From: an uncultured bacterium
Lineage (GTDB): Bacteria; Babelota; Babeliae; Babelales; Babelaceae
Direction of reading: 5' to 3'
DNA length: 64,000 bases
Assembly (NCBI GenBank): GCA_963722385.1
Contig: CAVRKK010000002.1
Span: forward strand, 160,001-224,000
Shown one piece after another: positions 9,494-19,117 of the stretch. The position numbers were made by a program, and so were the translations under genes. The notes under the pieces are model-generated. The model had not been told where the DNA came from. It saw only the letters and a program-made list of their open reading frames with translations, and searched no databases. Numbering within the stretch: the stretch's first letter is position 1; each line of letters starts with the position of its first letter.

Positions 9494-11740
9494 ATGAAAG
9501 AAAATAGATTACAGACTTTTTTATGCGTGGGAATCATCGCTTGTTTGGTTGGTATATCGCCCCTTTCTGGTACCGACAATACGCGGCAAGATAATAGGCC
9601 TAGGGCCATGCTCATCGCCTATTTTGATAATCTTATTGCTAAAAATATCATTAATATTGCTGAGCTCAAAAACCTGCATGAGCGTGATCACTTGATTAAT
9701 CCTATAGATGCTGCTCAATCAAGTGCCCATTATGTGCACGCAAAGCAGCTTGACCAGATGCTGAGCCAGGTTAAGAAGCATAAGCAGCTTGATCTAGACA
9801 CCCTTAAAATATGGGTAGTCCAGAAGATTAAAGAACTAGAAAATCAAGCTTCTACACGGGAACACATACATGAAAAAACGACCGCTCTCACGTATCCCTT
9901 AAGTTTTGTTGCACTTCCCGAAGGGACCTATAGAAGCCAACTTGACCAACGTGAATTTATTATTGAGTCTGGTATTGAGATACAAGAAACTCCCGTTACC
10001 CAGTACCAATGGGCAAGCATTATGGGCGATAACCCCGGGCATTTTTCAAGTGGTCTGCAAACACAAGAAATAGTAATCAATGGCAAAAAAACAAAGATGC
10101 AAGCCAACTGGCCGATAGAATCCGTTTCTTATGCTCAGGTGCGAGAATTTATCAATAAGCTTAATGAGCACGATTCAGAATATAGGTACGATCTACCATC
10201 TGTTCAGGAATACGAAGCATTCTTACAAGCAAGCTTGGGCAAAGATTGGCTAAAACAATTACCGCATCTTACTTCTGCGCAAACTACGCATGATGCAAGA
10301 AGTGGCTTTTATGGTGAGCTTAACAAGCAACGTGTCTGGGGAATTATTGGCAACGTTTGGCAATTTACGAGAGATATGGTAATGCTCAACGAAGATACCC
10401 AAGGGTTTCTCGTTTTTGGTGGCTCATACGCTACTAACAGCGCACTTTCTTGTGAGCTGTTAAGGCCGGTACTGAATGGAAAAAATAGTATAGGCAACAT
10501 ACTTGGCTTCAGGCTTGTTCGCTCTAAGAAGTGGGTACCCGAAAAAGAAGCAAAAGTATACGACAACATCGTCTGGGATGAACACGTTATTGAGCAAGAT
10601 CCCCATTGGCATTGGCACCGTAATGGAATATTTGAAGGACCTTTATTCTATGATGACATAATCGAATTCATGCTCAAAAATCGGCAACAATATCCTTTGG
10701 TAACCCGGCGGACCCTTGGGGCTTTAGAACCAGAAAACCATATAAAGCCTAGTCTAACCCGGTTGGTAAATCTTTATGGAATTGGTATACGAGACCTAAC
10801 TCCTCTGAGCTACCTGATTAACCTTGAAGAATTAGTGCTTGGGGAGAATGAGGTATACAATATACGACCTCTTGCTAAACTTGTTCACCTCAAGCTTCTA
10901 GATCTTTCTGAAAATCATATAGAAAATATTGAGCCACTTGCTCATTTAACCAAATTGCTCACCCTTAATCTTGACGACAATAGAATCAAGAATATCGATG
11001 CTCTTAAAGATCTTAGTTCTTTAGAGAACCTAAATCTTGACAATAATAGGATCGACAATATTGAGGCCCTTAAAAATTTAACTCACTTAAAAAGTTTAAC
11101 GCTTAATAAGAATCAGATTAAAAACATTACTCCGCTCCATGACGTTATTCAACTCGAATATTTATCTTTTGCCGATAATCACGTAGCCAATATCGAACCA
11201 CTCAAGGCTTTAACGAATCTCAGAACCCTTTACCTTGCTCGTAATCAAATTCGCGATATTAAGGCACTGGGCAACCTCACGAAACTTAATACACTTTATC
11301 TTAATAGTAACTACCTTCAAAATATTGATATTCTTGAAAAACTAACCAATCTTGAAGGATTGTATCTCCAACATAACGCTTTAACAGAGGTAAAACCGCT
11401 CAAAGGGTTAACAGACCTTTATGAATTATTTCTTGATGACAATGAAATAAAAGATATTGAACCTTTAGCAAATTTGCAGAACCTCGATTCTCTCAGTCTT
11501 TCTCATAATCAGCTTAAGCATGTCACGGGTGTAGATCAAATGACTGATCTCTCAGAGCTCTATCTTGATGGTAATCCTTTAGAAAATCTTACAGGATTTA
11601 ATAATTTAACGAGTGATGCAAGTTTTCAACTCTATCTTGACGAAGAACAAATTGATAAATTTGATGCTCTTGCGTTTTTTAAAAATATTAGCCACGATAT
11701 TAAAGTGATAGGGGTACCTAATGGACCTGAGGACCAATAA
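9494..11740 (+). CDS. Signal peptide + FGE-sulfatase/SUMF1-like domain + internalin-like LRR protein (copy 1)
   Basis: EIQETPVTQYQW..MGDNP, PIESVSY, YDLPS..EYE, GNVWQF, GGSY, LGFRLVR; then 22-aa LxxLxLxxNxIxxIxPL repeats. Confidence 0.85.
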   Translation: MKENRLQTFLCVGIIACLVGISPLSGTDNTRQDNRPRAMLIAYFDNLIAKNIINIAELKNLHERDHLINPIDAAQSSAHYVHAKQLDQMLSQVKKHKQLDLDTLKIWVVQKIKELENQASTREHIHEKTTALTYPLSFVALPEGTYRSQLDQREFIIESGIEIQETPVTQYQWASIMGDNPGHFSSGLQTQEIVINGKKTKMQANWPIESVSYAQVREFINKLNEHDSEYRYDLPSVQEYEAFLQASLGKDWLKQLPHLTSAQTTHDARSGFYGELNKQRVWGIIGNVWQFTRDMVMLNEDTQGFLVFGGSYATNSALSCELLRPVLNGKNSIGNILGFRLVRSKKWVPEKEAKVYDNIVWDEHVIEQDPHWHWHRNGIFEGPLFYDDIIEFMLKNRQQYPLVTRRTLGALEPENHIKPSLTRLVNLYGIGIRDLTPLSYLINLEELVLGENEVYNIRPLAKLVHLKLLDLSENHIENIEPLAHLTKLLTLNLDDNRIKNIDALKDLSSLENLNLDNNRIDNIEALKNLTHLKSLTLNKNQIKNITPLHDVIQLEYLSFADNHVANIEPLKALTNLRTLYLARNQIRDIKALGNLTKLNTLYLNSNYLQNIDILEKLTNLEGLYLQHNALTEVKPLKGLTDLYELFLDDNEIKDIEPLANLQNLDSLSLSHNQLKHVTGVDQMTDLSELYLDGNPLENLTGFNNLTSDASFQLYLDEEQIDKFDALAFFKNISHDIKVIGVPNGPEDQ

Positions 11741-11753
11741 AATTTTAGTTTCT

Positions 11754-13537
11754 ATGTCACGCTACCTTGGAAAAGTGCTTTTTATATTCGCTCTTATTTT
11801 CATAAGCTTTAGCGCACGAGCAGAGAGCGTTAATGCAAATAAAGCAACCGATCTTTTAATCGCTTATTTCGATACACTGATTGCTAAAAATATTATGAAT
11901 GCGGACCATCTCAAAAATATTGGTGAGCATCACGACTTAATCAACCCTCTGACTGAAACCGATGCGGCTCAGTCAAGTACTCATCATGTTTACGCTAAAC
12001 AGCTTGACCACATTATTAACCACCTGAAATGCAATGATGTACTTGACCACAAGACATTTAAAGCCTGGGTGGTTTCGAAAATCGAGGAACTCGAAACCCA
12101 CCTATCAACGCGCGAATTAATCCACGAGGAGACTATTAATACCCACTATCCCTTACGCTTTGTTGCTCTTCCTGCAGGCACGTATACCAGCCAACTCGAT
12201 CACAAAGAGTTTATCATAAGCGATGGCATCGAAATTCAAGACAGCCCTGTCACTCAATATCAATGGGCAAGCATTATGGGCAAGAATCATGCCCATTTTT
12301 CTCAGGGCAAAGATTCCTATCAAATAGCACTGAACAGCGAGAGCGTCAAGATACAAGCTGACTACCCCATTGAGTCTGTTTCTTATGCGCAAATACGCGA
12401 ATTTATCAACAAACTCAATGAACAAGACCCTCAATACCTCTATGATTTACTCTCAATTCAGGAATATGAAGCATTCTTACAAGCAAGCTTTGGCAGTGCT
12501 TGGGCTGAATACTTAATCAAAGTCGATAAGAACGAACAGCAACCTCATGCTGTGACCGCGCAATTTTATGAGATGAGTGGCCAACGAGTGCGCGACCTTC
12601 TCGGCAATATCTGGCAATTTACGCAAGACAAAGTACACCTCGGTAACAATATTAATGCATGCGTTGTTTTCGGCTCTTCATACGCGACCAAAAAAGATGC
12701 TTTAGGAACATTGAGAGATATACTGAGGCCGATTATCTATGAAGATAGCATTGGCAAAGACGTTGGATTCAGGCTTATTCGGTATAAAAAAGGTACATCA
12801 CAATGAATAGCAAGAATATATTCAAAAGATGAATTGAACTGGGATAGGCAAGCAGTTGAACAAGATGCAAGTTGGCAGTGGCATCACGACTTCGGCTTCG
12901 CGGGCCTTTGCTTTTACGACGAAGCTTTGCATTTTATGCTGGACAGGAAAAGGTATTATAAACCAGATGTACAACAAACACTCGATTGCTTATATTACAA
13001 GAGTAGACAATTTCGATGCGATAAAACTCATTGCTTCACCGCACTTTCTCTTTACGATAAATACATAACAAACCTCGAGCCACTGGCCTATCTTCAAGAT
13101 CTTTGGTTCCTCGACCTTGAAAGCAATCGTGGCATACGCGATATTCGCCCCTTGAAAAACCTCACGAAGCTTCGCGAACTGTTTCTTGCCTACTCATATG
13201 ATATTGACGACATCAGACCGCTTGCTACTCTTATTAAGCTTGAAAAGCTATCGCTTCAACATAATAAAATAAGCAATATTGAACCGCTTGGTCATTTAAC
13301 AAATCTTAAAGAACTTGATCTTGCTCATAATCAGATCAGCAGTATTGAAAGCCTAGCTTCGCTGAAAGCTTTAAAAATTCTGAAGCTTTCCAGAACCCGC
13401 TCCAAGATATAATGCCCTTAGCCCACCTCACTAATCTTGAAGAGCTCAAGCTTGATCCTGATCAAATAAATCGATTTGACGCCAGATCATTTATCAAAAA
13501 CGTAAACCCTCATATTAAGCTCGTTGAGAGTTGGTGA
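11754..13537 (+). pseudogene. FGE-sulfatase + LRR paralog (copy 2), disrupted
   Basis: ORFs 11721-12806 and 12834-13412 share a frame, separated by TGA 12804-12806; a frameshift near 13390 leads to the family C-terminus (NPLQDIMPL..LDPDQINRFDARSFIKNVNPHI) ending at 13537. Confidence 0.8.
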
Positions 13538-13554
13538 TAAGAATTGCCCGAAGC

Positions 13555-14256
13555 TCAAGCTTTTGCCGATGCTAAAAGCTTAATCTCGAGCGTCGTCACT
13601 TTAGGTAGCACCTTGTTCGTCACAGCAATGCCTTTGGAGCCAAATGATGTATCAAAGCTTCCATCAGAATTAAAACGTGCAATAGCAAGAAAATCGTTGC
13701 TAGAACCGGCGATTAAGATTTTGTCATCATGCTGAATAATGACATCATCAGCTAAGCACCACTCATGGTGAGCAGCAAATTTGCCAACCACCATACCGGG
13801 AATTTCGCCATTTTTGAATGATTTATCCGCGGTGCCATCAGCATTATAACGAGCGATTACAAAATAGCGGCTTTTGTAGTTATCGGCTTTTTTAAATGCA
13901 TAACCAACTACAATAATTTTCCCATCTTTTTGCGTAACTTTTTGGCGCACGCGAGGAAGGGTATAACCTGATTCAAAAGCATCAGGCACAACGAAGCCGA
14001 AGTCACTAAATGATCGCGTAATAGGAATAAGGGTATTCCAATGTATAACCGCAAAGGCTTGAGGGCGTGATGTTAAAATTTTCCCATCTTTACCAATTAG
14101 TATTGAACAGGTAAAATTGCTGGTTGCCGAAGCAGAAGCATCTTTCAATGCCAAGCTCGAATCAAGCGCGCTGCCAAAGTTAGAGATAGCAAAATATAAA
14201 AGCACCATTATTAAAGCATAGATGTTAAAATTGTGTTGATCATAATATTGATTCAT
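13555..14256 (-). CDS. Delta-60 repeat (beta-propeller) protein, probably truncated
   Basis: QKDGKIIVVG..FVIARYNADGTADKSF and QHDDKILIAG..AIARFNSDGSFDTSFG repeats; hydrophobic N-terminal segment. Confidence 0.7.
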   Translation of the reverse strand: MNQYYDQHNFNIYALIMVLLYFAISNFGSALDSSLALKDASASATSNFTCSILIGKDGKILTSRPQAFAVIHWNTLIPITRSFSDFGFVVPDAFESGYTLPRVRQKVTQKDGKIIVVGYAFKKADNYKSRYFVIARYNADGTADKSFKNGEIPGMVVGKFAAHHEWCLADDVIIQHDDKILIAGSSNDFLAIARFNSDGSFDTSFGSKGIAVTNKVLPKVTTLEIKLLASAKA

Positions 14257-14411
14257 AATATTCCCTTGCTGGAGTCGACGATGCTAACCAGTTTATACAC
14301 TCAAAGATTTTAATCAACAAGCGGCAAAGGCGTGCCCTGCGACCTCCTCGATCTGAAATTATTCGCTATTTCGAATATTTAATTGCTTTGCCATTATTGC
14401 TTATATTTCCG

Positions 14412-14439
14412 TTGGCAAATTTTCAATTTTTGCTATAAT
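14412..14439 (+). promoter_or_regulatory. Duplicated promoter upstream of FGE-LRR copy 3
   Basis: GTTGGCAAATTTT(c/a)AATTTT(t/a)GCTATAATAAGAATA matches 4370-4405. Confidence 0.6.
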
Positions 14440-14535
14440 AAGAATATATCTTTTACTGTATTAGATTTAAGGCTGGCTCAGCTTAGGAGAGGCCGAGTAC
14501 TGCACCTCGTTTTACCATCCTGATGCAGAGGAGGC

Positions 14536-16503
14536 ATGAGAGATATGCTATCTAGAATCAACGCTTTAAAAGCAATACTTGCGTTATTTATATTGCCAAC
14601 CCTTCTATTAGCACAAGAGCAACCGGACCAAGCTACGAGCCTATTGGTCGCCTATTTCGACAATCTTGTTTCACAAAATATCATCGCCGTAGATCATCTC
14701 AAGCATATCCACGAACATGAAGAATTAACCAACCCCCTCACTGAAGCTGACGCTCTTACCTCAAGCACTCATTACGTTTACTGGAAGCAGCTTGAACAAC
14801 TTATTAACCAGCTCAAGAGCCATCATTGCATTGATAAAAAGAGCATTAAATTATGGGCGGAACACAAAATTGCAGAAGTCGAGAACCAAGCTGCAACCCA
14901 AGAACTGGTACGCGAAAAAACAGCCAATATTTACCAGCCCCTACGCTTTGTTGGCCTTCCTGAAGGCATGTATACGAGCCAGCTTGACCAAGCTGAATTC
15001 GTCATCGAGTCTGGTGTGGAAATACAAGAAACACCTGTCACTCAACACCAATGGGCAACTATTATGAGCGATAACCCCGCGTATTTTTTCTATGGCTTTG
15101 ACTCAGAAGAAATAGAGATCCATGGTAAAAAAATTAAGCTGGTCGCTCATAATCCAGTAGAATCTGTTTCTTATAGTCAAGTACGCCAATTTATCAATAA
15201 GCTTAACGAGCAAGATACTGAGTATACGTATGATTTACCATCGATACAGGAATATGAAGCCTTGCTTCAGATAAGCCTTGGCAACGATTGGCTACATTAC
15301 CTACCAGCATTTACAAGTACGGAGCATACGCAACCGGTAATTGCAAAAGCTTGCGCGCTTGATAACCACCACCGATTAGGAAGTCTTGTTGGCAATGTTT
15401 GGCAATTTACCCGAGATATGGCAAACCTGAGCCATGATACTGAGAGACACCTTGTTTTTGGAGGCTCTTATGCAACGGTACTAGACTCCATAAAAGACAT
15501 AAATAGCTTACTGAGGCCATTATTTTGGAACAGCATAAGCACCGGCGTTGGATTTAGGCTTGCCCGCTATAAAAAGAGCGCGGAGGCAAAAGAAGCAAAA
15601 ACCTACCATGATATCAAATGGGATAAGCAGATTGCTCACCAGGACCCAAGCTGGTATTGGCATACCAACGATATCTTTGAAGGCCCTCTCTGTTATGCTG
15701 AAATGGCATCGTTCATGCTTATTAACAAGCAACATTATCCTGAAGCAACACAACGTACGCTTAATGCTCTCGAGGAAAATGTCGATAATTTTTATAGCGA
15801 AATTCAGGAGCTCCCCGAGATTTTTCTCAGCAAAAAGCAAATAGATGACCTTACGCCCTTGAGAGGGTTGGTTGCTCTTGAAAGACTCTTCCTTGATACC
15901 AACCAAATAAACGATATAAGTGCCCTTAGCAAATTGATTAACCTCAAGGGCCTCGATCTTTCAAGCAATCAAATAGAAAATACCAAGCCGATCGGAAATT
16001 TACCAAGTTTGCAATGGGTCAACCTCGCTCATAATCGTATTCGTCATATTAAAGCCCTTTCTGGGCTGATCAACCTGAAAAAACTCAATCTTTCTCAGAA
16101 TTATATTTCTGATATTAGTTTTCTTGAGAAATTGCCTAATTTGTCACAGCTTTATCTTAATATAAATGCTTTGAAAGATTTGACGCCACTTAAAAATCTA
16201 ACCAACCTAAACGTGCTTTATCTTACTAACAATGATATCGATGATATTAGCCCGCTTAGAAATTTAATTAATCTTAAGGGTCTCGCTCTTTTTGATAATC
16301 AGATTCAGGATATTACTCCTTTAGAAAATATGAAAAATTTGGAGTGGCTTCATTTAAACGGCAATCCCATAGATGATATAGCACCACTTACAGAACTTAC
16401 TAACCTTCGACACATTTATCTTGATAAAAAGCAAATCAAAAAATTTAATGCTCATCATTTTTTTAGAAATATTAACCCAGATATCGACGTGCATGAAGTG
16501 TAG
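14536..16503 (+). CDS. Signal peptide + FGE-sulfatase-like + LRR protein (copy 3)
   Basis: Same motifs as copy 1 with fewer LRRs. Confidence 0.85.
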   Translation: MRDMLSRINALKAILALFILPTLLLAQEQPDQATSLLVAYFDNLVSQNIIAVDHLKHIHEHEELTNPLTEADALTSSTHYVYWKQLEQLINQLKSHHCIDKKSIKLWAEHKIAEVENQAATQELVREKTANIYQPLRFVGLPEGMYTSQLDQAEFVIESGVEIQETPVTQHQWATIMSDNPAYFFYGFDSEEIEIHGKKIKLVAHNPVESVSYSQVRQFINKLNEQDTEYTYDLPSIQEYEALLQISLGNDWLHYLPAFTSTEHTQPVIAKACALDNHHRLGSLVGNVWQFTRDMANLSHDTERHLVFGGSYATVLDSIKDINSLLRPLFWNSISTGVGFRLARYKKSAEAKEAKTYHDIKWDKQIAHQDPSWYWHTNDIFEGPLCYAEMASFMLINKQHYPEATQRTLNALEENVDNFYSEIQELPEIFLSKKQIDDLTPLRGLVALERLFLDTNQINDISALSKLINLKGLDLSSNQIENTKPIGNLPSLQWVNLAHNRIRHIKALSGLINLKKLNLSQNYISDISFLEKLPNLSQLYLNINALKDLTPLKNLTNLNVLYLTNNDIDDISPLRNLINLKGLALFDNQIQDITPLENMKNLEWLHLNGNPIDDIAPLTELTNLRHIYLDKKQIKKFNAHHFFRNINPDIDVHEV

Positions 16504-16509
16504 GACGTT

Positions 16510-18756
16510 ATGAATCACCTATCTATTACTGCTAATATCCACCTATTTTTTCACCAGTTTCTAAGAGTAGTGCTCGTTATATTTCTATTTCCGAGCTTTG
16601 CCGTAGGTATACAACGAGAGTCCAATACCACAAACCTCTTGATCGCTTATTTTGATAACCTTGTTTCAAAAAATATCATCGTCGTAGATCATCTCAAGCA
16701 TATCTACGAACATGAAGAATTAGTCAACCCCCTCACGGAAGCTGAGGCTCTTACCTCAAGCACCCATTACGTTTACTGGAAGCAGCTTGAGCAACTGATT
16801 AACCAACTGAAGCGCCATGGCTACCTTGAAAGCAACAGCATTAAAATATGGGCGGAACATAAAATTACGGAGCTCGAAAACCGGGGCTCCCTCAGTGAAC
16901 ATATACATGAAAAGACAGCCAATATTTATTATCCCTTGAGTTTTGCCGCTCTTCCCGAAGGGACCTATAGAAGCCAACTTGATCAAAAAGAATTTGTTAT
17001 TGAACTTGGTGTTGAGATTCAAGAAACGCCGGTGACCCAATATCAATGGGCGAGCGTTATGGGTAACAACCTCGCGCATTTTTCAGATGGGTCGGAATCG
17101 CAAGAAATAGTCATCAAAGGCAATAAAATTAAGATGCGCGCTAACTGGCCAGTGGAATCTATTTCTTATGCTCAGGTGCGCGAATTTATAAATAAGCTTA
17201 ATGAGCATGATGCAGACTATATTTACGATTTACCCTCTCTTCAGGAATATGAAGCATTATTACAAGCAGCCTTGGGTCAAGACTGGCCAAGCCGATTACT
17301 TCAACATACTCCCGCAGAAAATATCCATGACGTAAAATTGGGGCCCTACGGGGAACTTCACCAGCAACGCATTTGGAATATTTTTGGCAACGTTTGGCAA
17401 TTTACCAGAGATAGAGTAATGCTCAATGAAAATACCCAAGGGTTTCTTGTTTTTGGTGGCTCGTATACCACCAAGAGAGATACTGCTTCATTTCATAACG
17501 AATTGATAAGACCGGTCCTGAATGGAGAATATAGCGTAGGTAACACACTGGGATTTAGACTTGTTCGCTACAAAAGGGATACGTCAGAAAAAGAAGCAAA
17601 GGTATATGATGGTATTGTCTGGCACAAACACGCTGATCATCATCAAAACTGGCAATGGCATCGTAATGACGTTTTTGAAGGACCTTTATTTTACAATGAT
17701 ATAATCGAGTTCATACGTGAAAATAGGCAGTATTATTCTGACGCTATTCAGCATACGGTCGATTCTTTATACATTTCTAGCAAACCAAGCTACGTATTTT
17801 TGATATCTCTCCAAAACAAAAAGATACAAAATTTGACGCCTTTAAGTTGTTTTATCAAGCTTAAAGGCCTTGAGCTTGGTCGCAATCAAATACGAGATGT
17901 AAGTCCCCTTAGCACACTCACGAGCCTTAAGGAGCTTAATCTTTCAAATAATGAAATAGAAAATGTTAATCCCATCGGACGTTTATCAAATTTGCAAAAA
18001 CTCTTTCTCAAAGCTAATAAAATTAGAAATATCGGAGCTCTTACGGACCTTAGGCATATTGAGCGCTTGGATCTTACTGACAATGAAATAGAAGATATTC
18101 AAGGCATTGAAAAGTTAACGAATTTACGAGAACTAGTTATTCAGGAGAATAAGCTTAATAACATTGAGCCTTTAAGTAGCTTAATCCATCTTAAATATCT
18201 ATATCTTGATGACAATCAAATTACCACTATTGAACCTCTTGAAAATCTCGCAAGCCTAGAATGGCTTAGCCTTGGGCATAATCCAATTCGCTCTATTAAG
18301 GCGCTTCCATCTTTAAAACTTAGGATGCTCGATCTTCATAATACCTTTCTTAAGGAAATTAATTTTCTTAAAAAATTAACTAATCTTACGAATCTTAACC
18401 TTAATAACAATATGATAGCAGATGTAAAGCCACTCAAAAACCTTACTATGCTTGATAAACCTTCTCTTGGTCGCAACAAAATAAAAGATATTACCCCCCT
18501 TAAAAATTTAACTAATCTTCGGACTCTTTACCTTTCTCATAATCAAATTCGCGATGTTACTGCCTTAGAAAATCTGAAACACCTGGTCGAGCTTTCTTTA
18601 GACGGCAATCCTTTGGAAGATATAACACCACTTAAACAGCTTGCTAATCTTGAAGATATTTATCTTGATAAAGACCAAATCGAAAAATTTAATGCTCATG
18701 AGTTTTTCAAGAATAGCAATCCCGCTCTTGTGGTGCATGAGGTAGAGGAGATATAA
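16510..18756 (+). CDS. Signal peptide + FGE-sulfatase-like + LRR protein (copy 4)
   Basis: Same motifs as copy 1. Confidence 0.85.
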   Translation: MNHLSITANIHLFFHQFLRVVLVIFLFPSFAVGIQRESNTTNLLIAYFDNLVSKNIIVVDHLKHIYEHEELVNPLTEAEALTSSTHYVYWKQLEQLINQLKRHGYLESNSIKIWAEHKITELENRGSLSEHIHEKTANIYYPLSFAALPEGTYRSQLDQKEFVIELGVEIQETPVTQYQWASVMGNNLAHFSDGSESQEIVIKGNKIKMRANWPVESISYAQVREFINKLNEHDADYIYDLPSLQEYEALLQAALGQDWPSRLLQHTPAENIHDVKLGPYGELHQQRIWNIFGNVWQFTRDRVMLNENTQGFLVFGGSYTTKRDTASFHNELIRPVLNGEYSVGNTLGFRLVRYKRDTSEKEAKVYDGIVWHKHADHHQNWQWHRNDVFEGPLFYNDIIEFIRENRQYYSDAIQHTVDSLYISSKPSYVFLISLQNKKIQNLTPLSCFIKLKGLELGRNQIRDVSPLSTLTSLKELNLSNNEIENVNPIGRLSNLQKLFLKANKIRNIGALTDLRHIERLDLTDNEIEDIQGIEKLTNLRELVIQENKLNNIEPLSSLIHLKYLYLDDNQITTIEPLENLASLEWLSLGHNPIRSIKALPSLKLRMLDLHNTFLKEINFLKKLTNLTNLNLNNNMIADVKPLKNLTMLDKPSLGRNKIKDITPLKNLTNLRTLYLSHNQIRDVTALENLKHLVELSLDGNPLEDITPLKQLANLEDIYLDKDQIEKFNAHEFFKNSNPALVVHEVEEI

Positions 18757-18760
18757 GCAT

Positions 18761-18952
18761 ATGCTCAATAATTACTTATATTTTTCGATACTTTTTAACT
18801 GGCGCGCTGGCGATAGCAATTTTCCAATCAGCTATACTACAGCTCAAGCAGGCAACACAAGCAGAATATGCAGCAACTGATCTTTTGCTCGCCTATTTAA
18901 CGTAGAGCATCTTAAACGTCTGTATGAGCATGATAAATTAACGAACCCCTAG
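18761..18952 (+). pseudogene. Relic N-terminus of a fifth FGE-LRR paralog
   Basis: Broken frames encode ATDLLLAY and NVEHLKRLYEHDKLTNP, matching ATDLLIAY..NADHLKNIGEHHDLINP of copy 2. Confidence 0.7.
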
Positions 18953-19013
18953 ACAAGTGTAAGCAGTTTGCTCAAAAAATTGTTAGTTATTCGGCTCACA
19001 AAATGATAGAAAT

Positions 19014-19042
19014 TGAGCCGATTAACTGCTATAATCGGCTCA
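19014..19042. promoter_or_regulatory. Inverted-repeat operator candidate upstream of the Fic gene
   Basis: TGAGCCGATTA-N7-TAATCGGCTCA; an extra half-site TCGGCTCAC at 18991. Confidence 0.55.
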
Positions 19043-19117
19043 CACCTCAACAGAATAGCAAAAATCGTTTAAAAAGCTTTGAGGCATATGTTATATTAAA
19101 AACAAAAATTTGAAATT

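Noticed and set aside
10780..11620. CRISPR-like periodic repeats in the LRR and propeller genes
   Set aside because: The periodicity is coding (66-nt LRR units), degenerate at third codon positions, with no unique spacers or cas genes.
9494..18756. Diversity-generating retroelement targeting the FGE/CLec domains
   Set aside because: No reverse transcriptase or template repeat in the window, and paralog differences are not adenine-specific. A remote DGR cannot be excluded.
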